From: a virus
Lineage: Duplodnaviria > Caudoviricetes
Direction: 5' to 3' (one strand)
Length of the DNA: 56,700 nt
IMG/VR virus record: IMGVR_UViG_3300037153_000087
Coordinates: 1 to 56,700 of that record
How positions within the stretch are numbered: position 1 is the first letter of the stretch; each line of letters begins with the position of its first letter. The notes under the pieces were generated by a model. It was not told the DNA's origin and did no database searches. It saw nothing but the letters and a program-made list of their open reading frames with translations. Of the stretch, positions 1 to 8,936 are shown piece after piece. Made by a program: the position numbers and the translations under genes.

Positions 1-47
1 GTCTTTGCCCCTTCCGGACTCCCCCCGTGGGGATACCCCCCCTTCCC

Positions 48-320
48 CTACCATGCCCTACTCGTCCTTCGGTCCTGCGACGCGCGACCTGCCTTGCTGT
101 TACACCTGAAGTGCGAACCAGCAGCGTTGTCGATGTCGTAGATCAGCTCGGGGTGCGTGTCTACGGACTTGATGTGCTCCAGGCTCCATGACATCGGGTC
201 TGGGTGCTCCAGGTCGGGGTCGATATCGAGTTCGCATCGATAGCAAACCCAAGCGCGTTCGAGTTGCTTAACTCGTACCACAAAGTTATGGTATGCAGTA
301 GTAGTGCGTGGTCCAGTCAT
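48..320 (-). CDS. HNH endonuclease (terminase-associated)
   Basis: CxxC...SLEH...H.RCN motif; lies directly upstream of terS on the circular map; ATG at 320 overlaps the upstream stop. Confidence 0.85.
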   Translation of the reverse strand: MTGPRTTTAYHNFVVRVKQLERAWVCYRCELDIDPDLEHPDPMSWSLEHIKSVDTHPELIYDIDNAAGSHFRCNSKAGRASQDRRTSRAW

Positions 321-454
321 TTGCCCACCGCCATTGCCCACACGATGATTGACGGCGCGACGTACAGCATGAAGAACAGGATGGTCAGGGCAACCAGGGT
401 ACGCAGTACAATGTGGATCAGTATCCACTCCAGTACCCGCCCTACGATACCCAC
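317..454 (-). CDS. Small membrane protein (45 aa; not in the ORF track)
   Basis: GTG...TGA, MGIVGRVLEWILIHIVLRTLVALTILFFMLYVAPSIIVWAMAVGK; ATGA coupling to the HNH gene. Confidence 0.55.
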   Translation of the reverse strand: MGIVGRVLEWILIHIVLRTLVALTILFFMLYVAPSIIVWAMAVGK

Positions 455-643
455 GAGAACCTCGCTCCGTTATGGCCTGGTCTGTATATGCCAGTGGGGG
501 TGATCCGGTTTCCCAGACCACCCCCACCCGACAGGAGCACCCTCATGCTCGCACTTCCCCCAGGGAGTAGGCCGAACCCCCTATTGGCCGCGCACCCCCA
601 TCTTAACACGGCACCTTACCCTATAGCAAGACGCTTCTTACCG

Positions 644-919
644 TTACGGTCTTACCGGTATGCTGATTCGGTGGACCGCCACGTGACCCCCGTTCGGACT
701 GGTGTCCATGGGGTCGGGCACGAAATACCGCTGCCCGTCCTTCAACGCGAAGATCTCGACCACGATCTCGTTGCTGTAGATACTGATCTCGCGTAGATGT
801 TCGTAGTCCAGGCCCAGGTCCTTGATGAACGCGAGCAGCTTGGCCCGTTCCACCTGGTCGACCACCCCAGGGATGAACAGACCCTCTTGCGTGTCCGACC
901 CTGGCAGATGCTGGGTCAT
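644..919 (-). CDS. Hypothetical protein
   Basis: ATG preceded by GAGGAGG; phage-like codon use. Confidence 0.65.
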   Translation of the reverse strand: MTQHLPGSDTQEGLFIPGVVDQVERAKLLAFIKDLGLDYEHLREISIYSNEIVVEIFALKDGQRYFVPDPMDTSPNGGHVAVHRISIPVRP

Positions 920-1029
920 GGTTTCCTCCTCAGGGGGAGTGGCGTATCCGCCCTCGGGCGTCCGCACGGGTGATATGTTCGTCGTCGGCACCCCGTGATA
1001 CGGGCTTGCCCAGGCTCCATCGGCGAGGC

Positions 1030-1332
1030 TCACAGCGGATACCTTTCGCTGAGGTTGTCTACCTTGTTGTTGATCTGGTCGATCTTGGCCTCGATGCGCT
1101 CCTGGTCCTTGGCCTCGACCTTGAAGATCAGGTGTTTCGCGCCCAGCAGGAGTATGGCCTGGAACACGAGTTGCAGCCATTCGCTCTGCCAGTTCTCGAA
1201 CGTGGCCGCCCAGAACTCCTGCCACCCGGTTTCGGGAACCATGGTCAGCATCTGGCCGATCCACGATCCAGCGAACAGGGCTGCCAGCACCCAGACCGCA
1301 CCCCACCTGCGCAGGTGGTTCACGCGTTCCAC
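1030..1332 (-). CDS. Membrane protein, DUF6766-like
   Basis: Hydrophobic helices and a TFENWQSEWLQ motif. Confidence 0.6.
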   Translation of the reverse strand: MERVNHLRRWGAVWVLAALFAGSWIGQMLTMVPETGWQEFWAATFENWQSEWLQLVFQAILLLGAKHLIFKVEAKDQERIEAKIDQINNKVDNLSERYPL

Positions 1333-1871
1333 CCCTCTTCGATGATGAACTCGTCCCAGTGACCTGGAGTCGTGAACCGGGTGAACGCGTTGCCTCCCGG
1401 ATTCGGAAGGCCGACCTTCTCGTAGGCCCAGTCCGCGAAGCTGCTACAGACCACCGCTCCGGGAACCGCGTTGTCAGGCCACTCCTCGGCTGCCCGCAGT
1501 CTGATGTGCGTCGCCTGCCTGGCTGCCTCGGCTATCGCCTCCCAGTCATACGCGGTGTCGACCAGGCTTTCTGCGGCCTTGGCTATCAGGAACCGTTGCT
1601 CGTCGGTCTTCGGCTGGAGGTTGTTCGCGTTGGTCAGCGGCTGGTTCAATCGCTCGCCTACGTCGCACCAACCGGTACCAGAGGGCCTTCCCTCGATACC
1701 AACCCATCTTCCAGTGGCTGGGTCTTGGTGATGGACTATGATCACGTGGTTGCAGAACGCGGGGAGGTTCATCAACCTCGCGCCCAGCCGGATTCCCCAC
1801 GAAATCCACCACTTGCCCTCGCGCGTGACCAGCACGTCGCCGACCCCGATCATTCCTTTGAACCTCGGCAT
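1320..1871 (-). CDS. Permuted papain-like NlpC/P60 (YiiX/YebB-type) enzyme
   Basis: GDVL..., NH, YDW, VCSSFADWAY..G and TP motifs, with His before Cys. Confidence 0.7.
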   Translation of the reverse strand: MPRFKGMIGVGDVLVTREGKWWISWGIRLGARLMNLPAFCNHVIIVHHQDPATGRWVGIEGRPSGTGWCDVGERLNQPLTNANNLQPKTDEQRFLIAKAAESLVDTAYDWEAIAEAARQATHIRLRAAEEWPDNAVPGAVVCSSFADWAYEKVGLPNPGGNAFTRFTTPGHWDEFIIEEGWNA

Positions 1872-2061
1872 AGAGATTCCCTTCGACCATCGCCTCTCGG
1901 ATGGCCTTGCCTAGACCTGGAATAGTGTCGGTCGCCCAGTCTACGCCGATGACCTGAGGACACCAGCGTTCATGGTCGAGCCCGATCACGCCACCCTCCC
2001 CGAGAACAACCTCGCCTCGGCAGAGTGTGCATTTCATGCTCATGTTGACCTCCGGACACAG

Positions 2062-2100
2062 ACGAGCCCCCCGACGTCCTCCCAGCGTCGAGGGGCTCGC
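2062..2100. terminator. GC-rich hairpin downstream of the LTD gene
   Basis: cgagcccc-cgacg...cgtcg-aggggctcg inverted repeat. Confidence 0.55.
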
Positions 2101-2114
2101 ATCCGTGATGGCTT

Positions 2115-2663
2115 TTACGAGCAGCTCAGCGGACCGATCTTCTCGCGGAAGGAGGTGTACTGAACGTAGCTCTTGGTCTTGCCGTCAGCCGACTTCAGGC
2201 TCAGCGTGTCGCCGCTGTTGTTGAAGTGGTGGGTCGTGTTGCGGTAGATGGCCGCACTCGTGTTGGTCGGCTGGGTGTCGGTGCCCGTACCGTTGTACAG
2301 GTAGACGCTCGACATGGGCGGCATCTGGAACGTACCGTCGCCAGCCTTGAACGGACTGCCAGCCGGGAGGGTCGCACCCTGGAGCTTGAAGGTGTGGGGG
2401 AAGTTGTCCTGGACCCACCAGCCCTCGACGTTGACCGGAGCCGCACCCGTGTTGACGAGCCGCAGGAACTCGGCGTTGCGGTTGCCGTTGGTGTCGGTGC
2501 CAGGCGCGTTGTGACCGTACTCGTAGATCACGACGTCGCAGTTCGCGGCGAGGGACGCGTTGGCCGTCGAGCCGGAGCCCAGGGCGAACAGAGACGCTGC
2601 CATGAGCATGAACGCAGCAGCGGCTGACCAGAAAACCCGCTTCATGTTAGCGGTCTTGAACAT
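2115..2663 (-). CDS. Secreted lamin-tail-domain (LTD) protein
   Basis: Signal peptide (…ANA-S); N.E(F)..L.NTG..PVN..GW..D and FNNSGDT.SL LTD motifs. Confidence 0.75.
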   Translation of the reverse strand: MFKTANMKRVFWSAAAAFMLMAASLFALGSGSTANASLAANCDVVIYEYGHNAPGTDTNGNRNAEFLRLVNTGAAPVNVEGWWVQDNFPHTFKLQGATLPAGSPFKAGDGTFQMPPMSSVYLYNGTGTDTQPTNTSAAIYRNTTHHFNNSGDTLSLKSADGKTKSYVQYTSFREKIGPLSCS

Positions 2664-2786
2664 CGTGCCTCCGTAGTAGGTGTCCTGTGTACACTCTAGT
2701 AGAGCATGGGGCGTGTCGGACAGTCAAGAGCCCCCACCCTGCCCTGTTCGGGTTTGGTGTGGGGGCTCAAGCCGCAGGTCTCTGGC

Positions 2787-3296
2787 TCAGCCAGCCTGCT
2801 CGGTCTTCGCGGCGTTGTCAGCCTTGACCTTCGCGGCCTCGTCGCGAGCGAACTGGAGCTGACGCTCCTTCTCCGCCTTCGCGGCCTCGCGGTCGGCGGT
2901 CGCCTTGGCCTTGCGCTCCGCCTTGGCGGTCTCGCGCTGGATCGCGGCGCGCAGCTTGCCCTGCAGAAGCGCGGACCCGCCCTTGGCCTTCATGTCCTCG
3001 ACGGCCTGGTCGGCGGTCAGGTTGCCCGCGACGACCTCGCGCGTCAGGTGACCGGTCAGCTTGGCGTCGTGACCCGGAGCGAAGGTGCCCTTGCTCATTC
3101 CGCCGTTGCAGCCGTTGTCGCCGGGAACGGCGCACGCGCAGGCGGTGGCCTGCTTCGGAGCGGCCTTCGCGCGGGGGGCCTTCTCGGCCTTGGGGGCGGT
3201 CTGGCCCTCGGGGGCCTCGACCTTGGGGGCGGAAGCCGGAGCCTCGGCCTTGGCACCCTGCTTCATCTGCCGGATCTGCTCGCGAACGTTGCTCAT
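2787..3296 (-). CDS. Hypothetical protein, FAPGHDAKL-motif family (paralog 1)
   Basis: CAC...C...FAPGHDAKL; AGGAGG RBS; class-1 promoter upstream. Confidence 0.75.
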   Translation of the reverse strand: MSNVREQIRQMKQGAKAEAPASAPKVEAPEGQTAPKAEKAPRAKAAPKQATACACAVPGDNGCNGGMSKGTFAPGHDAKLTGHLTREVVAGNLTADQAVEDMKAKGGSALLQGKLRAAIQRETAKAERKAKATADREAAKAEKERQLQFARDEAAKVKADNAAKTEQAG

Positions 3297-3341
3297 CTCA
3301 GGTCCTCCTAGTCGGGAGGGCGGCTTGCCCTCGTAATTACT

Positions 3342-3370
3342 ATTTTATCATGCCTGGGGCTTGGACGCAA
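3342..3370 (-). promoter_or_regulatory. Class-1 promoter
   Basis: TTGCGT-N17-TAAAAT with TGn extension. Confidence 0.65.
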
Positions 3371-3755
3371 CCCCGTTGCTACGCGTAGCCTGGGCGTACG
3401 CGCCGTGACGAGGGTTCCAGGCCGCGAGGTTGATGTCGAGGATGTCGGTCAGGATCTCCTCGACGGTCGGCACGTGGGCCTTGTCCGCCTCGCGCACGTG
3501 AATAACGTGCGTCTCGGGTCGCCTGTCCGTGCCGATGTAGTTGGTGTACACCCGGAACTCAAGGTGCGCGTAGCTGAACCGGATCGTGTCCCCGAGCGGG
3601 CTGGCCCACTCGTCGTGTCGAATCGCCGTCCAGCTACGTCGCTCCAGCTCCGCCTTGACCTCTGCGATGCGCGTGACGTACTCGTCGATGCGCTGTCCCG
3701 TAATCATCTTCCCAGGGAAGCACGCCCAGGGTCTCCACACAAGACCCCTGGTCAC
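3348..3755 (-). CDS. Hypothetical protein
   Basis: GTGA-coupled to the upstream HTH gene. Confidence 0.55.
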   Translation of the reverse strand: MTRGLVWRPWACFPGKMITGQRIDEYVTRIAEVKAELERRSWTAIRHDEWASPLGDTIRFSYAHLEFRVYTNYIGTDRRPETHVIHVREADKAHVPTVEEILTDILDINLAAWNPRHGAYAQATRSNGVASKPQA

Positions 3756-3991
3756 GCGGGGACCACGTCAAGGAAAACGTTCGCTCGCAGGTACGCGCCG
3801 AACAACTCGGCATCGCTGGCCGCGTCGTTGAACGCCTTCATCGTCTCCAGGTCCTTGTCGAACTCGAACGCCTTCATGATCCGCTCGCGCAGGTCCACGC
3901 CAGGCCGACGTGCACCGCTCCTCAGACGGGAAGCCATCGACTCGGAGCAGCCCACGATCAACCCAAACTCTTCGTTAGTCATCTTGGTCAC
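3752..3991 (-). CDS. XRE-family helix-turn-helix protein
   Basis: TNEEFGLIVGCSESMASRLRSGARRP HTH pattern; GGAGG RBS. Confidence 0.8.
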   Translation of the reverse strand: MTKMTNEEFGLIVGCSESMASRLRSGARRPGVDLRERIMKAFEFDKDLETMKAFNDAASDAELFGAYLRANVFLDVVPA

Positions 3992-4026
3992 CTCCCGGTA
4001 TCTCCACCACTATCTCCTGGGTAAAA

Positions 4027-4056
4027 ATTCTATCACGAAGTGTGCCTCTCTGTCAA
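4027..4056 (-). promoter_or_regulatory. Class-2 promoter for the HTH gene
   Basis: TTGACA-N18-TAGAAT. Confidence 0.7.
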
Positions 4057-4104
4057 CCCCCGAGTAACCTTGCACCCGCCTTCACCGCGTGCTTTCCTGG
4101 AGGC

Positions 4105-4806
4105 ATGATGCATAAAGCGCACGTCCTCACGGGGGTTGCCGGAGTCACGACCTTCGCTGCCCTGGGCGACTTCACACCGACCGCGTTCGCCCTCGCCCTG
4201 ACTTCCGTTCCCGGCTTCACGCTCCTGCCCGACATCGACCACGCGCGTTCCATGGTCTCCTCCACTTACGGATTCCTCACGCGCGGGTTCTCCCTCCTCC
4301 TGGGTCACCGACGCGAGACGCACTCGTTCCCTGGAATCGCCGTGATCGGCCTCGCCACCTGGTTCGCCACGCTGTTCCTGGACAACATCGTCGCGCAGGT
4401 CTGGCTCGTCCTCCTCCTTACGCTCGGGTGGGCAGCGCTCCTGCGTACGGTCGGAATCAAGGGCTGGTTCGCCGACCTGCTGCCCGTGTCGGCTGCTGTG
4501 ATCGTGGTCTGTTACCGAGACGAGTGGATGGCGGCTGGTGGAGCCCCCTACCCCATCGAGTTCTTGCCCGTAGCCGTCGTCGTCGGCATGCTCCTTCACG
4601 TGGCTGGCGACTGCCTGACCAACTCGGGCTGCCCGCTGTGGTGGCCGTTCTCCAAGAAGCGAACCGCGTTCAGCTTCCGTCTGCGTCGCAAGGGCAAGAA
4701 GCGCTCGATCAAGACCAACTCGCGCTTCGAGCATCGCGTGGTCGTTCCCCTGCTCTGGCTCACGTCGATCGGCACGACTATATTGTGGGTTTCCGGTCTG
4801 GCATGA
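4105..4806 (+). CDS. Membrane-bound metal-dependent hydrolase (YdjM-like)
   Basis: M..H, LPDIDH, HR..THS, LH..GD.LT.SG.PL.WPF motifs; TM helices. Confidence 0.85.
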   Translation: MMHKAHVLTGVAGVTTFAALGDFTPTAFALALTSVPGFTLLPDIDHARSMVSSTYGFLTRGFSLLLGHRRETHSFPGIAVIGLATWFATLFLDNIVAQVWLVLLLTLGWAALLRTVGIKGWFADLLPVSAAVIVVCYRDEWMAAGGAPYPIEFLPVAVVVGMLLHVAGDCLTNSGCPLWWPFSKKRTAFSFRLRRKGKKRSIKTNSRFEHRVVVPLLWLTSIGTTILWVSGLA

Positions 4807-4860
4807 TAAAATAAAAGTACAACGAAGCGGGGAGCCTCCCCCAAACCGAAGGAGCTCGAA
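4783..4860 (+). promoter_or_regulatory. Class-1 promoter/leader/RBS cassette
   Basis: TTGTGG-N18-TAAAAT, G/C hairpin, GAAGGAGCTCGAA-ATG. Confidence 0.6.
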
Positions 4861-5259
4861 ATGGCCGTCATCATCAACAAGTACGCGGGTCGCTGCGACA
4901 ACTGCCAGAACCGCGTCGGCAAGGGTGAGGGCGTCGCCAAGCGCAAGGCTGGCAAGTGGATCGTCCTCTGCGCCAAGGACGCAGGCGAGACGCACGGCGC
5001 GCGGAACCCCTGGAAGCCCGCGCACAAGACCGCTGCTCTGGACTACGCCGAGACCCCGTACGAGGCGAGCCGCGAGCTGGCTCTGGTCGACCACGAGTAC
5101 GCGCACTCCGACGAGATGAGCGAGCCCTGCGAGTGCGGTGGGACGATGTGGTACAAGGCGACCGTGGGTGCGCCGATCTGCCCTGACTGCCGTCGCATGG
5201 TGGTCTACAAGTGGACCGGTGTCGGCACCGAGTTCACCCGCAGGATCGTGCAGCTCTGA
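4861..5259 (+). CDS. Hypothetical protein with Cys-rich zinc-ribbon motifs
   Basis: KYAGRCDNC, CECG...CPDC. Confidence 0.7.
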   Translation: MAVIINKYAGRCDNCQNRVGKGEGVAKRKAGKWIVLCAKDAGETHGARNPWKPAHKTAALDYAETPYEASRELALVDHEYAHSDEMSEPCECGGTMWYKATVGAPICPDCRRMVVYKWTGVGTEFTRRIVQL

Positions 5260-5305
5260 TCTTCCCCGAGGGGACTGGCCGAAAGGCTGGTCCCCTCCTC
5301 TGTGC

Positions 5306-5335
5306 TTGACACCCGGTCAACTCTCATGATAGAAT
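5306..5335 (+). promoter_or_regulatory. Class-2 promoter for purB
   Basis: TTGACA-N18-TAGAAT after a terminator-like hairpin (~5264-5298). Confidence 0.75.
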
Positions 5336-5354
5336 CCGCTCCCAGGAGGTGCTC

Positions 5355-6764
5355 ATGCTAGAGCGTTACACGTTGGAGCCCGTTGGCTCCTATTGGACCC
5401 GCGCTGCTCAATACGATCTGTGGCGCGAGGTCGAGATCTACGCTGCTAAGGTCAAGGGTGCGCCTGACGGCATCCTACGTGCGTTGGTCGACACCCCGGT
5501 TCCCGCAATCGAGGCGATCGAAGCCGAGGAGCGACTCGTGCGTCACGATGTGGTCGCGTTCCTGAACATGTGGCGTGAGAACATGTCGGTCGACGTCGCT
5601 GCCTGGGTCCACAAGGGTATGACCTCGTCGGACCTGGTCGACACCGCCAACGCGCTTCGGCTGGCAGCGGTCACGGACGAGATCCTCACCCAAGCGGGCA
5701 AGCTGGAGTACCTGCTGGCCAAGCACGCTATCCACCACTGGAAGACTCCGAGGGTAGCGAGAACCCACGGGCAGAACGCCCAGGCCAGTAGCTGGGGCTA
5801 TCGCGTGGCAGACTTCACGATAGCCCTGGAGCGCGTCATCAGCATACTTCGGTACGCCAGGGCAGACGCCTGCGTGGCCAAGATCTCAGGACCGGTCGGC
5901 GACTACCGAGATTCGAGTCTCGCGATGGAGGTCGCGTTCGGTCGCGACATGGGCCTCGAAGCCGCGTTCAGTGCGACCCAGGTCGTCAGTCGGGATCGGC
6001 TGGCTACCCTCATGTTCGCTCTGTCGCAGGTAGCGACCGTCATCGAAGCGATCGCCCTGGAGGTTCGACTCTCCTCGCATTCGCAGGTCGGCGAGCTGAG
6101 CGAGGGATTCGGCGAGCAGCAGGCAGGCTCGTCGGCCATGCCGCACAAACAGAACCCGATCATCAGCGAGCAGCTTACCGGCCTCGCCAAGATCGTTCGC
6201 GCCCAGGTGGTTCCGATCCAGGAGGGGGTGGCGCTCTGGCACGAGCGCGACATCTCGCATTCCTCTGTCGAGCGGATCGCCGTGCAGACGGCTACCGTCG
6301 TCACGCACTTCATGTTGGTTCGGTGCATCGAGCTGTTCCAGGGCCTGAACGTCCACACCGAGATCATGCAAGCCAACCTCGACTCTGCGCGCGACGCCAC
6401 CCTCTCCGCGAGAATCAAAGACCACCTGATTGAGGAGGGCCTGCACCCGAACACGGCGTGGGACGTCGTCCGCGAGGCTGCCTCGATCCCGCACCCCGAC
6501 CTGATCGCCAAGACCAATCAGGTCCTGCACCAGCACGGGTACGGCGTTCGGGTTCCCTACTTCAATGACGAGCCGACTCCTCACCATGAGCACGTGCTCA
6601 AGCACATGAACACGCTGCGTCGCAGGCACGAGCCGAGAACCGTCTATTTCGTCCCCCGGATGGCCGACCTCGACGGACCGACACAGGAGGAGCTGGCCAA
6701 GGGTATCAGCCTTGACGAGTTCCTGCGCGACATCCAGATGGGGGATGGCGATGGGGGGAACTGA
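5355..6764 (+). CDS. purB: Adenylosuccinate lyase (phage-encoded PurB)
   Basis: RHDVVAF, H.G.TSSD..DTA, RTHGQ, KISGPVG, GSSAMPHKQNP signature and WHERDISHSSVERI; AGGAGG RBS. Confidence 0.93.
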   Translation: MLERYTLEPVGSYWTRAAQYDLWREVEIYAAKVKGAPDGILRALVDTPVPAIEAIEAEERLVRHDVVAFLNMWRENMSVDVAAWVHKGMTSSDLVDTANALRLAAVTDEILTQAGKLEYLLAKHAIHHWKTPRVARTHGQNAQASSWGYRVADFTIALERVISILRYARADACVAKISGPVGDYRDSSLAMEVAFGRDMGLEAAFSATQVVSRDRLATLMFALSQVATVIEAIALEVRLSSHSQVGELSEGFGEQQAGSSAMPHKQNPIISEQLTGLAKIVRAQVVPIQEGVALWHERDISHSSVERIAVQTATVVTHFMLVRCIELFQGLNVHTEIMQANLDSARDATLSARIKDHLIEEGLHPNTAWDVVREAASIPHPDLIAKTNQVLHQHGYGVRVPYFNDEPTPHHEHVLKHMNTLRRRHEPRTVYFVPRMADLDGPTQEELAKGISLDEFLRDIQMGDGDGGN

Positions 6765-7095
6765 CGGACCGCGCAAGCTGGCCATGGAGTCGGCTGCTCT
6801 GCGCTACGGTCAGTTCGAGGCCGAGCGTCGGTTCGTGGGTGGCCCGTTGGACGGACAGGTTAAGGACCTCCCCCCCTCGCAAGACCGGTTCTACGTGGTG
6901 GACGTCGACCAGGCCATGGCCTATCTGTTCCCCGAGGGAACGGACCGTCCGACCGATTCCGGCCCACGATCGGGCACGTACGAGCTGTGGATGAACTACA
7001 GACGCGAGCGAGTCATGCGGTGGCTGGGCTGGGACGACGAGCGCGCCTACAACCTGTTCGTAGCCGACAACGCGTCTCCGGACGCCAACGATTAA
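6745..7095 (+). CDS. Hypothetical protein
   Basis: FVGGPLDG motif common in small phage proteins; start uncertain. Confidence 0.6.
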   Translation: MAMGGTDGPRKLAMESAALRYGQFEAERRFVGGPLDGQVKDLPPSQDRFYVVDVDQAMAYLFPEGTDRPTDSGPRSGTYELWMNYRRERVMRWLGWDDERAYNLFVADNASPDAND

Positions 7096-7107
7096 GGAGG
7101 TACCCTC

Positions 7108-7401
7108 ATGCTCGTGGATATCATCGTCTGCCTGATCTCGGCAGCCATCGGGTTCTGGATCGGTCAGAGCTGGGCCAAGGCTCGACGCGTGATTCAGGAC
7201 TCGACCATCAAGCCCGTCAGGTACCGACTCCTGGAGATCACCTACTACGACCAGCACAAGGTCCAGGAGCTGCACCGGTTCCTCTGGGCGCACGAGTACG
7301 ACGACTGGGAGGACGCCCAGGCCGAGGCCAAGAAGCGCACCGACGAGGACACCCTCAAGAATACGTTCAACCACGAATACGTCGTAGTGGAGGCACCATG
7401 A
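7108..7401 (+). CDS. Hypothetical protein with N-terminal TM anchor
   Basis: AAGGAGG RBS; hydrophobic N-terminus. Confidence 0.7.
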   Translation: MLVDIIVCLISAAIGFWIGQSWAKARRVIQDSTIKPVRYRLLEITYYDQHKVQELHRFLWAHEYDDWEDAQAEAKKRTDEDTLKNTFNHEYVVVEAP

Positions 7402-7832
7402 ACAGTTTCGAACCCGAGACCAGCGACCTGATCATACGGACGCTCGAAGCCCGCAAGTACACCCTGCGTCAGGTGCTGAGCCAGCAGGTCCTCGACCACT
7501 TGGGGATCGACGTCGCGACCGATCATCTTTACGACCGGATCGCCGTTACTCTGGCCATGACCATGTACGGCGAGCGGACTGCCAAGGCCGAGGCCGAAGA
7601 GACCATGGCGTTTCCGACCACATGGTGGCAGCACCTCAAGCTCCAGTATGCGCCCGAGTGGTTCAAGGCGCGCTGGCCCGTCAAGACCGACACGTGGCGT
7701 CTCAAGGTCGTGGCCGACCAGTGGCGGATGTACGCCAACATGGAGAAGCCGCTGCCCGAGGCTCAATGGGGCAGGCCGTTCCAGACCGTTGACCCGCGCA
7801 CCTACTCGGCTTGGGAACCTTACGGTCCCTGA
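7398..7832 (+). CDS. Hypothetical phage protein
   Basis: ATGA coupling; P.TWWQHLK...W...RWPV motif. Confidence 0.7.
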   Translation: MNSFEPETSDLIIRTLEARKYTLRQVLSQQVLDHLGIDVATDHLYDRIAVTLAMTMYGERTAKAEAEETMAFPTTWWQHLKLQYAPEWFKARWPVKTDTWRLKVVADQWRMYANMEKPLPEAQWGRPFQTVDPRTYSAWEPYGP

Positions 7833-7889
7833 CCTCGTGCCCCTGGGTCGCTACTTGACTCGGGGGCACGCCCGTGTTTTGCTGGAATT

Positions 7890-8066
7890 ATGCAGGTAAA
7901 CAACTTCTCAGACCCCCGCATCGCAAAGATCCAGGCTCGCCTCGACCTGCTCGATGACGAGAACGCCGACCGACACGGCGCGTCGCCTGGATACGCGCTG
8001 GAGGACATCCAGCGAATCATCAACGGCGAAGAGCCCCTCTCGACCAAGGAGAATCAGAAGTCATGA
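7890..8066 (+). CDS. Small hypothetical protein, probably leaderless (not in the ORF track)
   Basis: 58 aa; ATG ~6 nt after a putative -10 of the promoter starting TTGACT at 7855. Confidence 0.55.
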   Translation: MQVNNFSDPRIAKIQARLDLLDDENADRHGASPGYALEDIQRIINGEEPLSTKENQKS

Positions 8067-8221
8067 CCTGGGAGTACAAGGTCGCGTCGAAGACCAACCG
8101 AGACGGCCATTTCGAGGAGTGGCTGAACCTGTTCGGTCGCGAGGACTGGGAGCTGGTCCAGTACAACGTCAGCTCGTCGGGCACCGTGATCACGGCCACG
8201 TTCAAGCGCAAGAAGAGGTAA
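8063..8221 (+). CDS. DUF4177-like small protein (not in the ORF track)
   Basis: MTWEYKV...LN.FG.E.WELV...FKR pattern. Confidence 0.7.
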   Translation: MTWEYKVASKTNRDGHFEEWLNLFGREDWELVQYNVSSSGTVITATFKRKKR

Positions 8222-8280
8222 CCGGGAAAGCGCCTTCAAAACTGTTATCAGCCCGTTATAAACGAGCCCCCCTTCGAACA

Positions 8281-8359
8281 TTGCGTTGGGGGGCTCTCGC
8301 ATGATTTAATAAAATTACGAACGAGGGGGGGCCTCCCCCGAAACCAGAAGGAGCCGAAA
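8281..8359 (+). promoter_or_regulatory. Class-1 promoter/leader/RBS cassette
   Basis: TTGCGT-N18-TTTAAT, AAAATTACGAACGA, G/C hairpin, GAAGGAG. Confidence 0.7.
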
Positions 8360-8824
8360 ATGTCGAAGACCCAGAAGACCGCCAAGACCCTCCGCCCCTG
8401 CGCTTGCAGCACCTTCACCGCCTACAACATCGAGGGCGACGTCGAGTTCACCACCTGCTGCAACGCCCAGACCACCCGCACCTTCGCTCCTGGCCACGAC
8501 GCTCGCCTCAAGGGTCACCTGATCCGCTGGGCCGTCCTGGGCTACGAGATCCGGGTCGGGGACGTCACCAAGGACGCGGTCTCCTGGGCCTCCTCGTTCG
8601 GCTTCGGCTACATGGTCGCCGCTGGCATCAAGCGCTCCGCCCTCCGCGCGGAGGCCAAGGCCAACAAGATCGCCAAGCGGATCAACAAGAAGGTCGAGCA
8701 GGCTCCGGTCGTCAAGGCCAAGGTCGGGCGCTGGATCTACGAGGGCACCCTCCTCGACGGCACCTTCACCTACCTGGACAAGAAGCTGAACGCCCAGCAC
8801 ACCACCAAGTTCACGGTCCTCTAG
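8360..8824 (+). CDS. FAPGHDARL-motif family protein (paralog 2)
   Basis: PCAC...CC...FAPGHDARLKG; C-terminal KVGRW.Y.G. Confidence 0.8.
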   Translation: MSKTQKTAKTLRPCACSTFTAYNIEGDVEFTTCCNAQTTRTFAPGHDARLKGHLIRWAVLGYEIRVGDVTKDAVSWASSFGFGYMVAAGIKRSALRAEAKANKIAKRINKKVEQAPVVKAKVGRWIYEGTLLDGTFTYLDKKLNAQHTTKFTVL

Positions 8825-8825
8825 T

Positions 8826-8854
8826 CGGGTCGGGGGGCTTCGGCCCCCCTCCCC
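8826..8854 (+). terminator. Hairpin with cUUCGg tetraloop
   Basis: ggggggc-ttcg-gcccccc; near-identical copy at ~9116-9133. Confidence 0.65.
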
Positions 8855-8861
8855 TTCCTAC

Positions 8862-8936
8862 TTGACACGCTGGCAAGCCTGTGGTTTAATTGAAATTACA
8901 GGGGGGCGCTGGGCCTCCCGCAGAGAGGAGCTTCCC
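8862..8936 (+). promoter_or_regulatory. Class-1 promoter cassette
   Basis: TTGACA-N17-TTTAAT; GAGGAG RBS. Confidence 0.7.

Noticed and set aside
3752-3991. Lysogeny module around the XRE gene
   Set aside because: No integrase, ParA or peptidase-containing repressor found; a 79-aa HTH alone does not establish temperate behaviour.
4105-4806. DatZ-like HD dATPase
   Set aside because: Motifs and TM helices match YdjM-type membrane hydrolases, not soluble HD phosphohydrolases.
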